Part shown: positions 22,300 to 35,879 of the stretch, piece after piece | Position numbering within the stretch: position 1 is the stretch's first letter | Layout of the letters: each line of letters opens with the position of its first letter | NCBI RefSeq assembly: GCF_006345805.1 | Contig: NC_043012.1 | Location: forward strand, 59,024,001 to 59,088,000 | DNA length: 64,000 nucleotides | DNA from: Octopus sinensis | Taxonomy: Eukaryota | Direction of reading: 5' to 3' | The notes under the pieces: model-generated | The model's input: the letters and a program-made list of their open reading frames with translations, nothing else | Database searches by the model: none | What the model was told of the DNA's origin: nothing | Translations under genes and position numbers: made by a program

Positions 22300-24260
22300 A
22301 GAAGCTTTCGAATGGCAGAATCTCTCTGATTATGTCTGCCATTAATCTCCTATAGAAAGCTATGGAGGAGCTTCCACAACTTAACACTCGTTGGCCAACT
22401 GGCAGAGAGTTGTGTATTCCTAATGACACTTTAGGTTCCGGCCGACCTGGGTCTAAGTTTGATCCAGGACTGCTATTCTATCAAAGAGAGGAAGCTGTGG
22501 AAAAGTGACCCTGACAGTCGTGGACTACTCCTGCTCACTATGAAAGAAGAGCTGGAGAAGTTACAGCCTCGCCGCACGTATGCATGTCATTGGCAACGAC
22601 ATGCCCATCTTTCTGTGTACTGAATTTTGACATCAAATGCATCAGCGGAAAAAGACATCTCTGTAGAAAGTGGAGAAGCAAACTCTTTAGTGTGATTACC
22701 TATTAAGCAGGATAATATACGATACTCAGGCGATAGAATGTGACGGGTACGATGTAGGCGTTTGCCACCTCTGTTCTATCTTTCATGGATAGCTTCCTCT
22801 TGGCCCATTTGTTAGCGAAATCGGCTACCCCGATCGTCACTTCGATGCAGTTGTTGATCATTTGGAGATTTGGACTAGACAAAACTCTGAGCAATTTAAA
22901 CATCTGTCCGTCTAGATACTGTTAATGTATTTTCTTATTTTTTCGTTGCCGATACTCTTGCAACTGTTTCTGTTATTGTATGCTGTTGTCATTGCTGTTC
23001 TTCCTGCACCGATGGTGTGAGCAGCACTGATGCCTTCTTACACCCGTTTCTGTTTTTGTTATGAGGGCAGATATCTCTGAAATGGACAATTTTCCCACAT
23101 ACAGGGCTTCCTTCCCATCTACTCTCGACAGTCACAATCACAACTGCAAAGGGGGTGATTCCTGCGATGTACAGTGTAGTCTTAAACCAGTTCTCTCAAT
23201 GTGTTTTCTTCTCATCCAGTAAAATTTCGCTCTCCTCCAGTACAATGCATGCCAATATCCACAAACCCTAACTCTGGTGCGTCACCAGTATTGTTACCTT
23301 TACCAGACTTCTGAAATAATTAGACAAGAAAGTAAAGACTTCTCTGAGGTGGCGGGGAGTACTGAATGCTGCACTGCAAGGGCTTTAGTCTTGAATAGAA
23401 CCTCGGCATCGCCGATGTATCTTACCCTAGATATACAACCAATGTCCTACTATGCATATTTGTACTTGAGCGTTAATAACCGTCTCTAGTTGAATTTTTA
23501 ATTTCCCTCAGTGACATATAACGGCCTTTCTAGTAGTTGTGGCTAGACTTTCATGGGGAAGCGACCACCAATTTTCTCAAAACAAGCAGCGTGTTGTAAT
23601 TTAGAGATTTCTCTTCAAAAGATATACTGTATAATTCCCTTGATGTGACAACTCCCACAACGGAAGCCTTGCTACTCTTCGTCTTGTTGCTAATGGTGTG
23701 TTCTTCGGATGTTACTCCATTTACCTAAACAGTCGTTGCTCTTGGTACACCTATTGTTATTATTACTTTTGCCGTCATTACTGGCCTTATTCCTTATTCT
23801 AGTGGTGTTTCCGCGGTACCAGTTTACACCAATATTGTTGCTGGCGGCGGCGACCGTGGCGGTAGTGGTGGTGGCGGCGGAGGCGGTGGTGATGGTGGTG
23901 TTGAGCTTTGGCAATGGATTGCAATAGACCCTTACGTGTACCCACCTTCCAGTGCTTCAGTTTCTGCGGAACGTCTTCTTGTAATTGTTCAATCACTCTT
24001 CTGTCTTCTCTGGGGTGAACATCGGAGACCTTGCTTTGGGATATTGGAAACAGGCTTCCGCAGCATGTGTCCCAGCCAATCTTATTTCTTCCTCCTGATC
24101 TAGGATGTGATACGTAGCTTGTTCTTCCCTTGAGGGAATGTCTTACTATCTCACCTGATGGGTTTTCCGGGGACCTTTGTGACTCGTTATGTTTCATAAA
24201 CTTACAACAGAACTGCCTTCACGTTCATGTTAGATATCCTGAGAGTTCTTTTTTTTCTTT
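22300..24260 (-). mobile_element. Tx1/L1-clade LINE relic (ORF1 fragments with zinc knuckle plus ORF2 RT C-terminal part)
   Basis: EVTIGVADFANKWAKRKLSMKDRTEVANAYIVPVTFYRL (Tx1-like ORF2) and PVCGKIVHFRDICP (gag-like knuckle). Confidence 0.7.
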
Positions 24261-25101
24261 TTCTTTTTTTTTTTTGACAAGGTTCGTGATCGGCAGTTAG
24301 GTCTTACCATCTTGAATGCAACGGTATCTCTTCCAATCCTCCATTGTATGTCCATTGTACTTCAAAGCTACGCAAGAATACTACGGAATGATTACATCAT
24401 ATACGTATTTGGTCAATGGCTCGCATACTTAATCAGGGCTGACTTGAGGGTAAGCAACAACAACAACAACATCAACAACAAAAACAGCAGCAATAAAGAC
24501 AACAACAAAATCTGCCAACACAAGGTTCTTTCAATTGCGTTTTGCATATGAACGAAATAACAATGACATTTCGTCTTTCATGGTAATTTACAACCCATTT
24601 ATGATAAACGATATCGTTAGACATGTATTTAATCATAGTTATTTTCTAATACAGAAATAGGATACGGATGCCTATCAGATAGTATTTATGAGAGATTGCT
24701 AACTCTGCTATCCTATATATATTTCAACTGTGAATATCATGTATAATTTATCGTTAATATCGTATCTATTTAGTCACTGATGTCATCACTGAACTGTGTA
24801 CTGTTCGTTCGTTCTAATTAATGGTGTAGTGTTTGATGCATGATTTATTATTGTTCTTTAATATCTGTCGTTCTGTCATTCTATCATTCTATCATTCTAG
24901 TAGTATGTTGGTTTGGCTTACTAATTGAAGCAGCTAAGTCAGCTAATTATTAAACACTATATATGCGCGAAACATACACGTCTATATTATGAATGAATAT
25001 ATTTATATATTTTTACGCTTATACACTGGAATATCTGTGTGTATGAGTGTGAAGTATGTGTTAACATGCTAAATTTTACGTATATATATATATTATATAT
25101 C

Positions 25102-25186
<85 letters not shown>

Positions 25187-25338
25187 AACCAATATACACA
25201 CAACGTGCACGCGCATACGCACACACATATTTACTTGATTCCATTAATGTATACTTAATTATATATAATTCTATAAATGTGTATATATAAATTATTCCAT
25301 AGATATAAGAAATAATTTTATATATATATATAGAGATA

Positions 25339-25405
<67 letters not shown>

Positions 25406-25524
25406 TTCCTCAAGGATGAAAATGCTTTCAGAAATATGAAAATAAGTTTTAGTTATAAGCTTCTCCAATACGAATGTAGCCATAAGTTCTGGTCGTGCAT
25501 ATTAAAGATACCTTAATATGTAGG

Positions 25525-25880
25525 TGCAGGCGTGGCTGTGTGGTAAGAGTATTGCTTCACAACCAAACGTCCCTGGATTCGATCCCGCTGTGTGGCACTT
25601 TGGGCAAGCGTCTTCTAGTAAAGACTCGCAACGACCAAAGCATTGTGAATGTATTTGTCTCACGGAAACCGAAAGAAGCCCGTCGTGTATATATACATAT
25701 ATATATGTATATACACACACGTGTGTGTTTATGTCGCTGTCCCAGCTCCACATCTTGATAACCAGTCCTGGTGGGTTTACGTCCGCGTAACATAGCGGTG
25801 CGGCAAACGATACCGAATGAATAAGCATTAGGATTATAATGAAATAAGTACTGGTATCGATACATTCGACTAAAACTTCT
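25525..25880 (+). mobile_element. SINE family A
   Basis: aggcgtggctgtgtggtaag...ggcactttgggcaagcgtcttc...gaaagaagcccgtcg(TA)n...gtttacgtccgcgtaac. Confidence 0.85.
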
Positions 25881-26289
25881 TGCGTGAGTATGTGTGAGTG
25901 TGCGAGTGTGTATGCATGCATGCATGCATGTATGTATGTATGTATGTATGTATGTATGTATGTATGTATGTATGTATGTATGTATGTATCTATGTACGTG
26001 TGTACGTGTGTATATGAGTGAGTGGGCAAAAGTAAAATACGATCGATACGTTTAGTTACGAGTTATATGTATTATTATTCAAATCATTTCGATTCGGCTT
26101 CATGTTACCAAAGTTTCGCAGGCTTCTTTAAAGAAACCTAGCTCGTTCGAACTTTGTTAACGAAGTTGGAACTAGCTAGGTTTCGCAAGAGTTCTTTCTG
26201 TTCTCATCCGTTTAAGAGCATTTTTGTGTTTCACTACCAGATTAGATGGCATATATTTTAGCACTTGTGGCGATTTGGAAACGAGCTGC

Positions 26290-26880
26290 ACTCATGATTA
26301 GAAAGGATGGTGTGGAAGGTTTTGCATATCTCCTCCATTTCCCATTTGTCACAGTGAATCCATTTTTTCTTAAGACCACCTAAAGAGAGTCAGCCATCTC
26401 CTGCATCTTTTAAAATTTACCGTTTTCTCTGCAGCTTGCATCAATTTCTTCATTGTATAATCCTGGAAGTCATTTCTTAGATGTTGTCTCATCGCTTTGC
26501 ATAAAAATGAATACCGAACGTGATCTTTCATGTTCTTCTCCATTGTTTTCCATTTCTCTAGTATTTTCTTCGTTTCGGTGATTCTTCGGTCTCGTCCCCG
26601 CTGGCCTGTGATTTTCTGATTTCTATATACCACTTTTAATTTTTCTGGAACGCAAATTGTAGTCTTCATCAAGCCCTTTAAATTTTCACCAAATTTCTAT
26701 CTCAATAACTTCCTGTAACTATTTGGAGCTATGCAATTTCATCTACTTCCAGGCTGCTTCCTATAAAACTGTTCTCAATGTAAAGTCTTTTCGTTTCTGC
26801 CATTGTAACCAAACGTTTTCTTCTTCTGTTTCTTTTTCCTGATCCAAACTCACCAACATACTTTCCTCCCTGTCACTTTT
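26290..26880 (-). mobile_element. RTE-like LINE remnant (EN-RT linker)
   Basis: ITETKKILEKWKTM...LCKAMRQHLRNDFQDYTMKKLMQAAE.. helical linker typical of RTE ORF2. Confidence 0.55.
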
Positions 26881-26894
26881 TTCCATACTTTGGT

Positions 26895-27335
26895 TTGAAA
26901 TCTCCTATCTATGTAAATTGTATGGATCTGAAACATGGAGAGACACCTGCAGCAACTACAAAAAGATCCATACCTTCACCAGCAAATACCTCCGGCAGAT
27001 CCTCCATCTGAAGTGGTTCGATAGAGTGCCAAACACCGACCTGTGAGAAAGGAGCCCATACATGTTCAGATTAGACGAAGAAAATTGAGAGGGATCGGAC
27101 ACACACTGCGGAAAGAACCCCCAAATGTGACACGACAAGCACTTGACTGGAAACCGGAGGGGAAAAGGAAGTGAGGACGCCCGAAGGAGACATGGAAGCG
27201 GATCATTTTGGACGAGCTCAGGACTACCGGCCTGACATTGGAAGCAGCCAAGAAACACGCCAATGACGGCAAAAAGTGGAAAGCAACTGTTGAGGCCCTA
27301 TTCTCCACAAATGACAAAAAGGGTAAGAAGAAGAA
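26895..27335 (+). mobile_element. RTE LINE 3' end with (AAG)n tail
   Basis: LYGSETW...[15 protein letters not shown]...IGHTLRK...KRKxGRP...KKWKATVEAL across frameshifts. Confidence 0.85.
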
Positions 27336-27429
27336 GAAGAATCTAAGTGGATTTGTGAGAAAGCGTTTTCTCTAGCTCTTGGTAGAATTTTCCAACTTTA
27401 TTTTCTTTCCTCAATAAAGAATGTGCTAC

Positions 27430-27850
27430 AAACAAAAATAGCGCTCTTATACGCAAGTGAGATGTGGTCTACATAAACTGACCACGATGCAAAAGGCCAT
27501 GGAGAAATCCAAGCTTAGAATATCGCTAAGAGAGCACATTCGAAATGAGATAATACGAAAACGGAGCGGAGGGAACGACGTTATAGGTGAGTATCGAAAG
27601 AACAATCTCCCTGAGCCAGTTATGCTGCAACGATCACAGACAACAGATGAAACCGTGCAGTCGCCGTATGGCTTACAGGAGACAAAAGAAAAAAACACTT
27701 CGAGTTCCTCCACGATGTTGGGAAGACGATTTAGTCAAGCAATTTGGGTCTTGATGGAAAATAATGGCACAGTCAAGACAAAATTGGAGGCGCATTGTGA
27801 CCAACGGTGTATAACAGCATCTGAAGGTCTGGTCGATTTTGTGATCCTGA
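27430..27850 (+). mobile_element. second RTE LINE 3' end
   Basis: TMQKAMEKSKLRISLREHIRNEIIRKRSG..DVI...; NWRRIVT terminus and 3' UTR. Confidence 0.8.
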
Positions 27851-27859
27851 GATATATAT

Positions 27860-28055
27860 GATTTACTTGTTTCAGTCGTAAGACTACGGCCAAGGTGTAG
27901 CACCGCCATGAAGAACATTTTTTAAATCGAATAAATCGACATCGGTATTTATGTTTTTGTTTAAAGCCTGATACTTATTCTATCGAATTCTTTTGCAGAA
28001 CCGGTAAGTTACAGGAGGTACACAAACCAACACCGGTTGTCGAGCGAAGGTGGCG
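27860..28055 (-). mobile_element. SINE family A, 3' half
   Basis: ttacttgtttcagtc...gatacttattctatcg...accggttgtcgagcg. Confidence 0.75.
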
Positions 28056-28069
28056 TATGTGCGTGTATA

Positions 28070-28177
<108 letters not shown>

Positions 28178-28699
28178 CATATACTATATGTGCACAAATA
28201 TATTGCGTGCTTGTGTATATATGTATGTATGCTATATGTATGTAGAAAATAAAACTGTACATAGTTAAACTTTCTCCCGTATGTTTCAGTATCGTATGGC
28301 GGTTATTAGGAATATAAAGTAAAATTCTAAATTCACATATGGCGAAATCTGTTGGGTGACGTATCTTGTATATATAACGTATTTTTATTCCAACACTCCT
28401 TCATCTAAATATGTTACGCGTCTCTGACGATTTGACAATATTACTTGATTAAGTGATTTATATTATATAAATAATAAACTACGTTAATGAAATATGCGTA
28501 GGATCACATAAGTAAATAAATAATGAACAGTCTCTGGTGTTTCGCATTATTTTCTACATGTACTCTGTATTACACTCAGATTCAATATTCGTAAGAAAGC
28601 ATATATATAAATATTATACACACACCAACCGGAAGACGTACGGAGTTCGAAATACTCGTTACTTGTCGTGCAATTTAACATTTAAGTTACACTGGAAGA

Positions 28700-28737
28700 A
28701 TATATAACTATACATACACACACATACACACACACAA

Positions 28738-28770
<33 letters not shown>

Positions 28771-29150
28771 CATATATATACATATGTGTGAGTACGTGTG
28801 CATGTATGCGCGTTTGTATTCTGTATGCATATTTACATGTATCTGAATAGAAATATACTTCACATATACATATAACATATACATCTATATAGTTTTAAAT
28901 ATTTTTTACATAATATTTTGTATGTTTATATATCTGTACGTGCATGTAACATATTAATATTCCCTGTTATTTTGGCCGCTGGATATATGGTTTAATATCA
29001 TATAACCAATATTTTCCTTCCTCAGTTTCTGCGTTTGTTGATATATATGTGTTATATATGTATGTACATATGTATGTATGCATGTATGTATGTTTGTATT
29101 TTATGTACGTGGGGAAGTATGTAATGTATGTATTTAAGTATTTATGTATG

Positions 29151-29184
<34 letters not shown>

Positions 29185-29208
29185 CATACATCTAATAAGA
29201 TGTACATG

Positions 29209-29241
<33 letters not shown>

Positions 29242-29311
29242 GTTATATATATATATGTATGTATGTATAATATATGTATCTCTAGATAGATAGATAGATA
29301 GATAGATAGAT

Positions 29312-29343
<32 letters not shown>

Positions 29344-29531
29344 TATAGATAGATAGATAGATAAATATAAGTTAATTTCACATGACAATTACTGCATTTG
29401 TGGCGTTACACAGCATACCCACGCGAAGTTGGATGAACAAATTAATAATATTATATATACATATATAATACATATATATAGCATATATATATATATATAT
29501 ATATATAATAATATTATATATATACATATAT

Positions 29532-29575
<44 letters not shown>

Positions 29576-29617
29576 TACATATAATATCAATACATACATA
29601 CATATATTATATATATA

Positions 29618-29656
<39 letters not shown>

Positions 29657-29700
29657 TGCATGTATGTACACATGTTTTAATATATATATATTGCGTGTTT
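28700..29700. repeat. AT-rich microsatellite region (CA/TA/GATA)
   Basis: Seen directly. Confidence 0.85.
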
Positions 29701-30509
29701 ACACATAGACACTCATACACACACACAAATATATATATTCATTTTTTATCCTAAATATGTCCAACGGATATAGTTTTAAAATGTTGTATTTCATATGCTT
29801 TAATATCGTATATTATCCCTAAATTTTCCGTGTGGTGAAGCTATAATTTCATATATTTAACAATATTATATAATCAGCCATATTTTCTGCCTGAAACATT
29901 CTGCAATATCTTTCTAAATGTAACTATTATCCCCGCGAAACTATTAATGTTTAAAGTCCCGTTAGCAGTTTCAAACCCTTATGCGTACAGTGACCGGCCA
30001 AACTGCCGCATCTGTCATGACTAACTATCTTCGTGGCCACTCAACTTGTTAGACATAGCAACCAAATCTCTTTTGTTTTTTAATCACATACCTGAACGCA
30101 ACTCATATTGTTGTCTTAAATATACTATTTTTGATTTCAATACAAGTTTGAGAAACCTGCAGCGCCTATGCATATTACTCTGCGGGAATTAGGTTTCACG
30201 TGAAACTGCTGCGGGAATTAGGTTATCAAGTATTAACAAGGGATAAATAATTATATCAAGTGTCGTATATAGGGTATTCTTTCTTTTGTTAGGTTATTAA
30301 AATATTTGATTTGAGAAATACTTTTGCAGCTATTTCTAGCAAATGAGAGACCAAAGACAGTTTTCTTGTTCGCTTTTGGCATTGGTAGTTGAGATCTTAG
30401 TTATGATACAAGTTCTTATTGCTATTCAGCAAGCCGGATTCATCGCTGATAGAACAAATTTATTATGAACGATGGTTCCCCTTCAACCTCTTCGTATACT
30501 TTTTAGACG

Positions 30510-30885
30510 CTGGCGTGGCAGGGTGGTAAGAATTTAGCTTCCTAAACACAAGGCTCGGGGTCCAACTCCCACTGCGGGATACCTTTGACGTGTGTCTTCT
30601 ACTATAGCCTTCGATCGACCAAAGCCTTGTGAGCGGATTTGGTAGTCGGAAAATAAAAGAAGCCTGTCGTAGATATTATACATGTGTGTGTGTGAGTGTG
30701 TGTGCGTGCGTGAATGTGTGTTTGTTTGTGAGTGTGTGTCTTTGTGCCTGTGTCCCCCACCATCGCTTGACAAGCAGTGTTGGTGTGGTTACGTTCACGT
30801 ACCTTAGTGGTTCCGCAAAAGAGACCGATAGGATAAGTACCTGGCTTAAGAAAGAAAAGTACTAGAGTCGATCATGTATGGAAAA
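30510..30885 (+). mobile_element. SINE family A
   Basis: gtgtcttctactatagccttcgatcgaccaaagccttgtgagcggatttggtag...gcaaaagagaccgatagg. Confidence 0.85.
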
Positions 30886-31178
30886 ATGGAGACCGCTTCC
30901 CCCTGTGAGATGAAGTTAAGATAATAGACAGAACACCACTGGAAAATACGAAAATTAATTGAAGCAGCATATATGCTAGGACACAACAGCCTCCTAAGCA
31001 GACCGAGTGCTGATATGTGCAGCATATGGGAACCGGTATTAAGGAAGGATAGGAAAATATTAGATTTATAAGCTCTACAATTCACTCCATAATTGCCCAC
31101 GGACATACGGCGTAGTGTTTAAGAGCATGTTCAGTTTTAGGCAGTGACATGAATAATAATAATAATAATAATAATAAT

Positions 31179-31210
<32 letters not shown>

Positions 31211-31375
31211 TAATAATAATAGCAGCAGCAGTATCGAAAAGTACCTAAGGAATGAGAACTCAGGTTCGAAATTTCCTCAATGCACCTGATTAAGGCTGGA
31301 GGGTATATCAGCCGAAACGTTGTTTTAACAACAAACAAGATGAAGACAAATATCCGTCGAATGTAAATAATGTAG
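30885..31375 (+). mobile_element. Penelope-like element 3' end (GIY-YIG tail plus pLTR with mutated hammerhead)
   Basis: EVKIIDR.HHWKIRKLIEAAYMLGHNSLLSRPSADMCSIWEPVL followed by ctgattaaggctggagggtatatcagccgaaacgttg. Confidence 0.7.
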
Positions 31376-31517
31376 AGTCGATCAGTTCGATTAAAATTCC
31401 TCAAGGTGACGCCCTCCTTGGCCGCAGTCCAATAACTGAGACAAGTAACATATATAAATGTTTTCAGTATTATCTTCTTTTTATACAGCAGGGTGTGGTT
31501 TCCGCATCAAGTTGCTG

Positions 31518-31630
31518 CTACTTCAACAAGATCAAAAGCAAACATCGTGACTTCTTCGTAGGCGTTTTCCTCTGTTTCTTGTCTGACCAGAATGCATTGC
31601 TTTTCTTTTTCAGTATCTTAGTTTTGTGAC
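31518..31630 (-). CDS. candidate terminal exon (HKTKILKKKSNAFWSDKKQRKTPTKKSRCLLLILLK*)
   Basis: Good acceptor ctcctattacttgttatctatttccgacag in unique sequence; correct frame unresolved. Confidence 0.2.
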
Positions 31631-32371
31631 CTGTCGGAAATAGATAACAAGTAATAGGAGAACGTTACTTTCAAAATGTTGACGCTACCTCCGGGAGTGT
31701 TAGCTATCTCTCATCTGCTTGTAGCCATAAAACCTGAGCTAAGTACTAGCTGTCATGATCCTGCTTCCTACGACAGAGTGAGAATATTGACGTATTGACA
31801 TTCGCTGCCTGATGAAAAAAAAGATATAAATATATAGATAAATATGCTGTAAAATAAAGCCAACATAAAATAGAATTCAGATCTGCGATAAATGGTTTAC
31901 CGTTCATCTACACAGGCAATAGATCACTACACACAAGTGTAACGAAGTTTTAAAAAAACTATACGGAACATTAAGAGGTGTAGTTAAAGTCAGAGAAACA
32001 CAGAGAGAGAGAGAGAGAGAGACAGGATGATTGAGAGAGAGAACGCGGAAGATGTAGAATGAGAGAGAGAGGAAAGCATCTTCATGTCCCTCTGTAATAG
32101 TTGAAGATAAATAGGTCATACACGTCTATATGATATTCCGTATCAGTTTTATTGATATCTGGATATATAGCATATATAATTGCATTAGTATAAAGGTCAT
32201 TTTCAATAGCGTTCTGCTTAAACGCAACAACCGAGTTATTTGTTTTTGTTTCAAATAAACAGATAATATATGAAATATATAATTGACAACGATGTCTCTT
32301 TGTTTACGTATCTATAATCTAAAACACTATCTATCTATCTATCTATCTTTCTTCTTTTCTATCTATCTATC

Positions 32372-32402
<31 letters not shown>

Positions 32403-34462
32403 CTATCTACCATGTAGCTGTCTTTATTCCTGCCTATTTATTTATCCATCTCTCTATCTATTTGTGCATCACTATCCATTAGTTTTGCTGTTAAAATTTC
32501 AAGTAGAAAATTTTTGTTTGAGATGACATATACAAATGCTCATAAAAATTAATCTTAGCATTTCAAATGATAGTAAAATATGCAGAAGAGATATATTTCA
32601 GCAGCCCATTTGAAAAGGTTAAATCGATAACACTGACCTCTAGATAATATGTTTTGCAGCTCGTAGTGGTGAAGTTATTGCAAAAGACAACATCTAAACT
32701 TGCCTTCAAATATGATTTGTGGATTTGAATTTATTGCGAAAGAAATAATTAAAACAAAAAGGAAGAAAAATATCTTGTTTTCAGATGATCCATTCATAAA
32801 TGTCTATGTGTATTTTAAACTTTGGTAAGAATTGTGAAACAGAATATTCTCAATTTCGTTAAAATTTCCTTGGAGATGTAATATACAATTTGAATAAGCA
32901 GAAAGCGCCAAATGAAAAATTCCTACATTTGTTACATAAATATTCCTTTTATACAAAGTCGCCTGTTTTATTATAATGAAAGCATTCAATTATCCATTCT
33001 CTAGATTTTGTGCATGTGATCTAACTTTAGGTCAATTTAAACAAGAAAAATCACTTCCTTTAAAATCTTTAATTAGCTCTTAGAGTCCATTTAGACTCCT
33101 ATTCACTGCAGCTATATTGTCGGAATATTGCTCATAGATCCAAACCAAAATAAAATCACTTAGCATTTAGGTTTTAAAATATTGATAAGTGCCGCCTTAT
33201 CCATTGAACTAAACTGATACATCAGTAGTAATTCAATATGACATCTTAGAATTTCACTTCTGTGTTCCCTTCATATTTCTTGCAGAATATTAAATTTGCT
33301 AGCATTATTCATAATTTGTAGCATCTACTAAAATATGTCTTGTTTACATATGAGTTTTATTCAAAGAGGGTTTGCTGGATCACAGACTATTTCTTCAGAT
33401 ATCGAAGATCTGTGAGTTTCTAAAGATAAAGTTTCTGATTAGAAATTGCTAAGAAATTTCAATGTTTCGCTACCGTTTTATGTATACATGAAAAGCATTG
33501 TAAATTAAATTTGAAGTTTTACTTCAATGATTCCGTTTAGGGAAAACTGTTTTAATGATCAATGGTTACTAGAAACATAAAGTGTATTTATTTCATAGCG
33601 AGTTAACCAATTGCATCAAGACCCTCGCGTTTCGAATAAATAATAACGAACGGTAGGACATCGGAGGTGTAGGGTTAATTAAAATCTTTAAAATACGCTC
33701 CAATGTGATGCGATTTTAAGATTGCAGGAAATAATTAGCTTCTTATTCCGTATTCTAAGACATACCCGAGTGCTGTCTTTATTCATACTGTCAGTCCAAC
33801 CAAAGATATAAATCACTTTGTATAATTATAAGTAATTTCTATCCGTTCTTAGACGTTTAAGGGGAACGTATTTGACCGAGTAGATCTAATAATTAACCAC
33901 TGGCTGAGAGACCAGCGTTTCGTATCCGCTTCGAATCCGTTCCACCAATACAATTATCTGTAGGTGCTTTGCTGTTTAAAAATACAGTGGTCGATATTTA
34001 GCAATGTGAAATAGCCATAGTCGATATATAGTTTACGAGTGGTGACTTTATTATATTGGTTTATTATATTGGCCAATATAATAAAGACATTAACGACTCA
34101 GTCCACTAAACTGTAAATAGGTGCCACACAAGGCTGATATCATTGAACTCATCACAAAGTCGAAATCTTGATATACCAATATATTTACTTGTTAAGGTTA
34201 TTACTACAACATCACAACGAAGATGAAAAATGGGCAGTGCGCGTATCTGGCATATTTCAGAAGATTTTAGTCCCGCATCAGCATCCATCCAAACCATTAT
34301 TCACCTACGAACTCATTGCTAAAATAACCCCTAAATATACCGGGTGTAACGCTTTTTGGATGTACCAATTTTATATATTAAACATATTCCTGGAAACCGG
34401 TACGTAAATATTATTGACTTGAAGGGACGCCGTATAGTGTTATGCAACCATGATATACTACA

Positions 34463-34587
34463 AAGGCGCAGGAGTGGCTGTGTGGTAAGTAGCTTGGTTA
34501 TCAACCACATAGCTGGTCTGGTCACAATGCGTTCGCATTGTTTTAGCCTTCAAATGACGCCACCCCGCTGGCTAAGCGAGCAGGCCA

Positions 34588-34625
<38 letters not shown>

Positions 34626-34815
34626 CTGTGATGCACCCCCTCCAATAAAATACTTCACTTGACAACCGACGACGGTGTGTTTACGTTCCCGTAACTTAGC
34701 GGTTCGGCAAAATATACCGATAGAATAAGTACTAGGCTTACAAAGAATAAGTCCTGGGGTCGATTTGCTCGACTAAAGGTGGTACTCCAGCATGGCCGCA
34801 GTCAAATGACTGGAG
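34463..34815 (+). mobile_element. SINE family A, chimeric (CORE part replaced by an RTE-tail element)
   Basis: Head aaggcgcaggagtggctgtgtggtaagtagc and 3' body ...gaataagtcctggggtcgatttgctcgactaaagg... Confidence 0.9.
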
Positions 34816-35400
34816 ACTTCAGCCTTGAAGATGATGTTCGAATACGACGTCCAATTGAGTTTGATGATAAGCTCTTTGAGGCATTGCTTGAAGAAAATCC
34901 AGCCTTTTCAGTTGAAGAATTGGCAATAAAGCTTAGTTCAAACCATACAACTGTTCATCGTCATCTTCAACAACTTGGAATGGTTCCTAAACTTGGAAAA
35001 ATGGGTGCCTCATGAATTGCCCGAAAGCAACCGCAAATCCCGAGTTGACATCTGCGCTTCTCTCCATTCTCGGAAACTCATTTCACCCTTTTTGGATAGA
35101 CTTGTGACTGGTGACGAAAAATGGATCTTCTATCGAAATGTTAAACATCGTAAACAGCGGCTTGGTAAAAGAGAAAATGCTCAACCACAACCGAGGAGGG
35201 AACTTCATGGGAAAAAAGGTTCTTCTCTCTACCTGGTTGGATTGCAAAGGAGTAATTTACTTTGAATTGTTACTACCTAATGCAACAATCGACGCTCAAG
35301 TTTACTGTCAGCAATTAGAGCGTTTAAAACAAGCTATTATGACAATAGATGCTATAAAAAACCGTTGAATAAAAAGGGAAGTAACTCTAATAGGTTACAT
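34816..35400 (+). mobile_element. mariner transposase fragment (pseudogene)
   Basis: GDFSLEDDVR..RP, WVPHEL, LVTGDEKWIFY, KVLL..W.DCKGVIYFELL motifs over frameshifts. Confidence 0.9.
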
Positions 35401-35532
35401 TCAAACTTGAAATTCTGAGTCCTTGAATTTATTGATTGTCCTAAACTATAGAGTTATAATTCCTCTACTTACCTAATATATACGTCTAATAATTTAGTTG
35501 TCATTATATATATATATGTATATATATATATG

Positions 35533-35599
<67 letters not shown>

Positions 35600-35780
35600 C
35601 GCATGGTTGGATTTACTGACGTTCTACTGCATATGGCTGTACATTATATCCCTATGTGTGGTTTAATATGTGGGTTGTGGCCTCGTCCACTAATGGATCT
35701 TTGTTGTGATTACCACCGGATCAGATAAATCCATTTATTTTGCAGTAAACACTGACACACACTTCACACACATCACACAT

Positions 35781-35847
<67 letters not shown>

Positions 35848-35848
35848 C

Positions 35849-35879
<31 letters not shown>

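Noticed and set aside
28620-28665. Hammerhead-like words here (ccggaaga...gaaa) and at ~35975-36005 (ctgaaga gc...gc gtaa)
   Set aside because: Core mutated and stems I/III cannot be formed; insufficient support
34975-35368. Mariner ORFs as a domesticated SETMAR-like gene
   Set aside because: Multiple frameshifts, 5' end cut by a SINE, catalytic C-terminus missing
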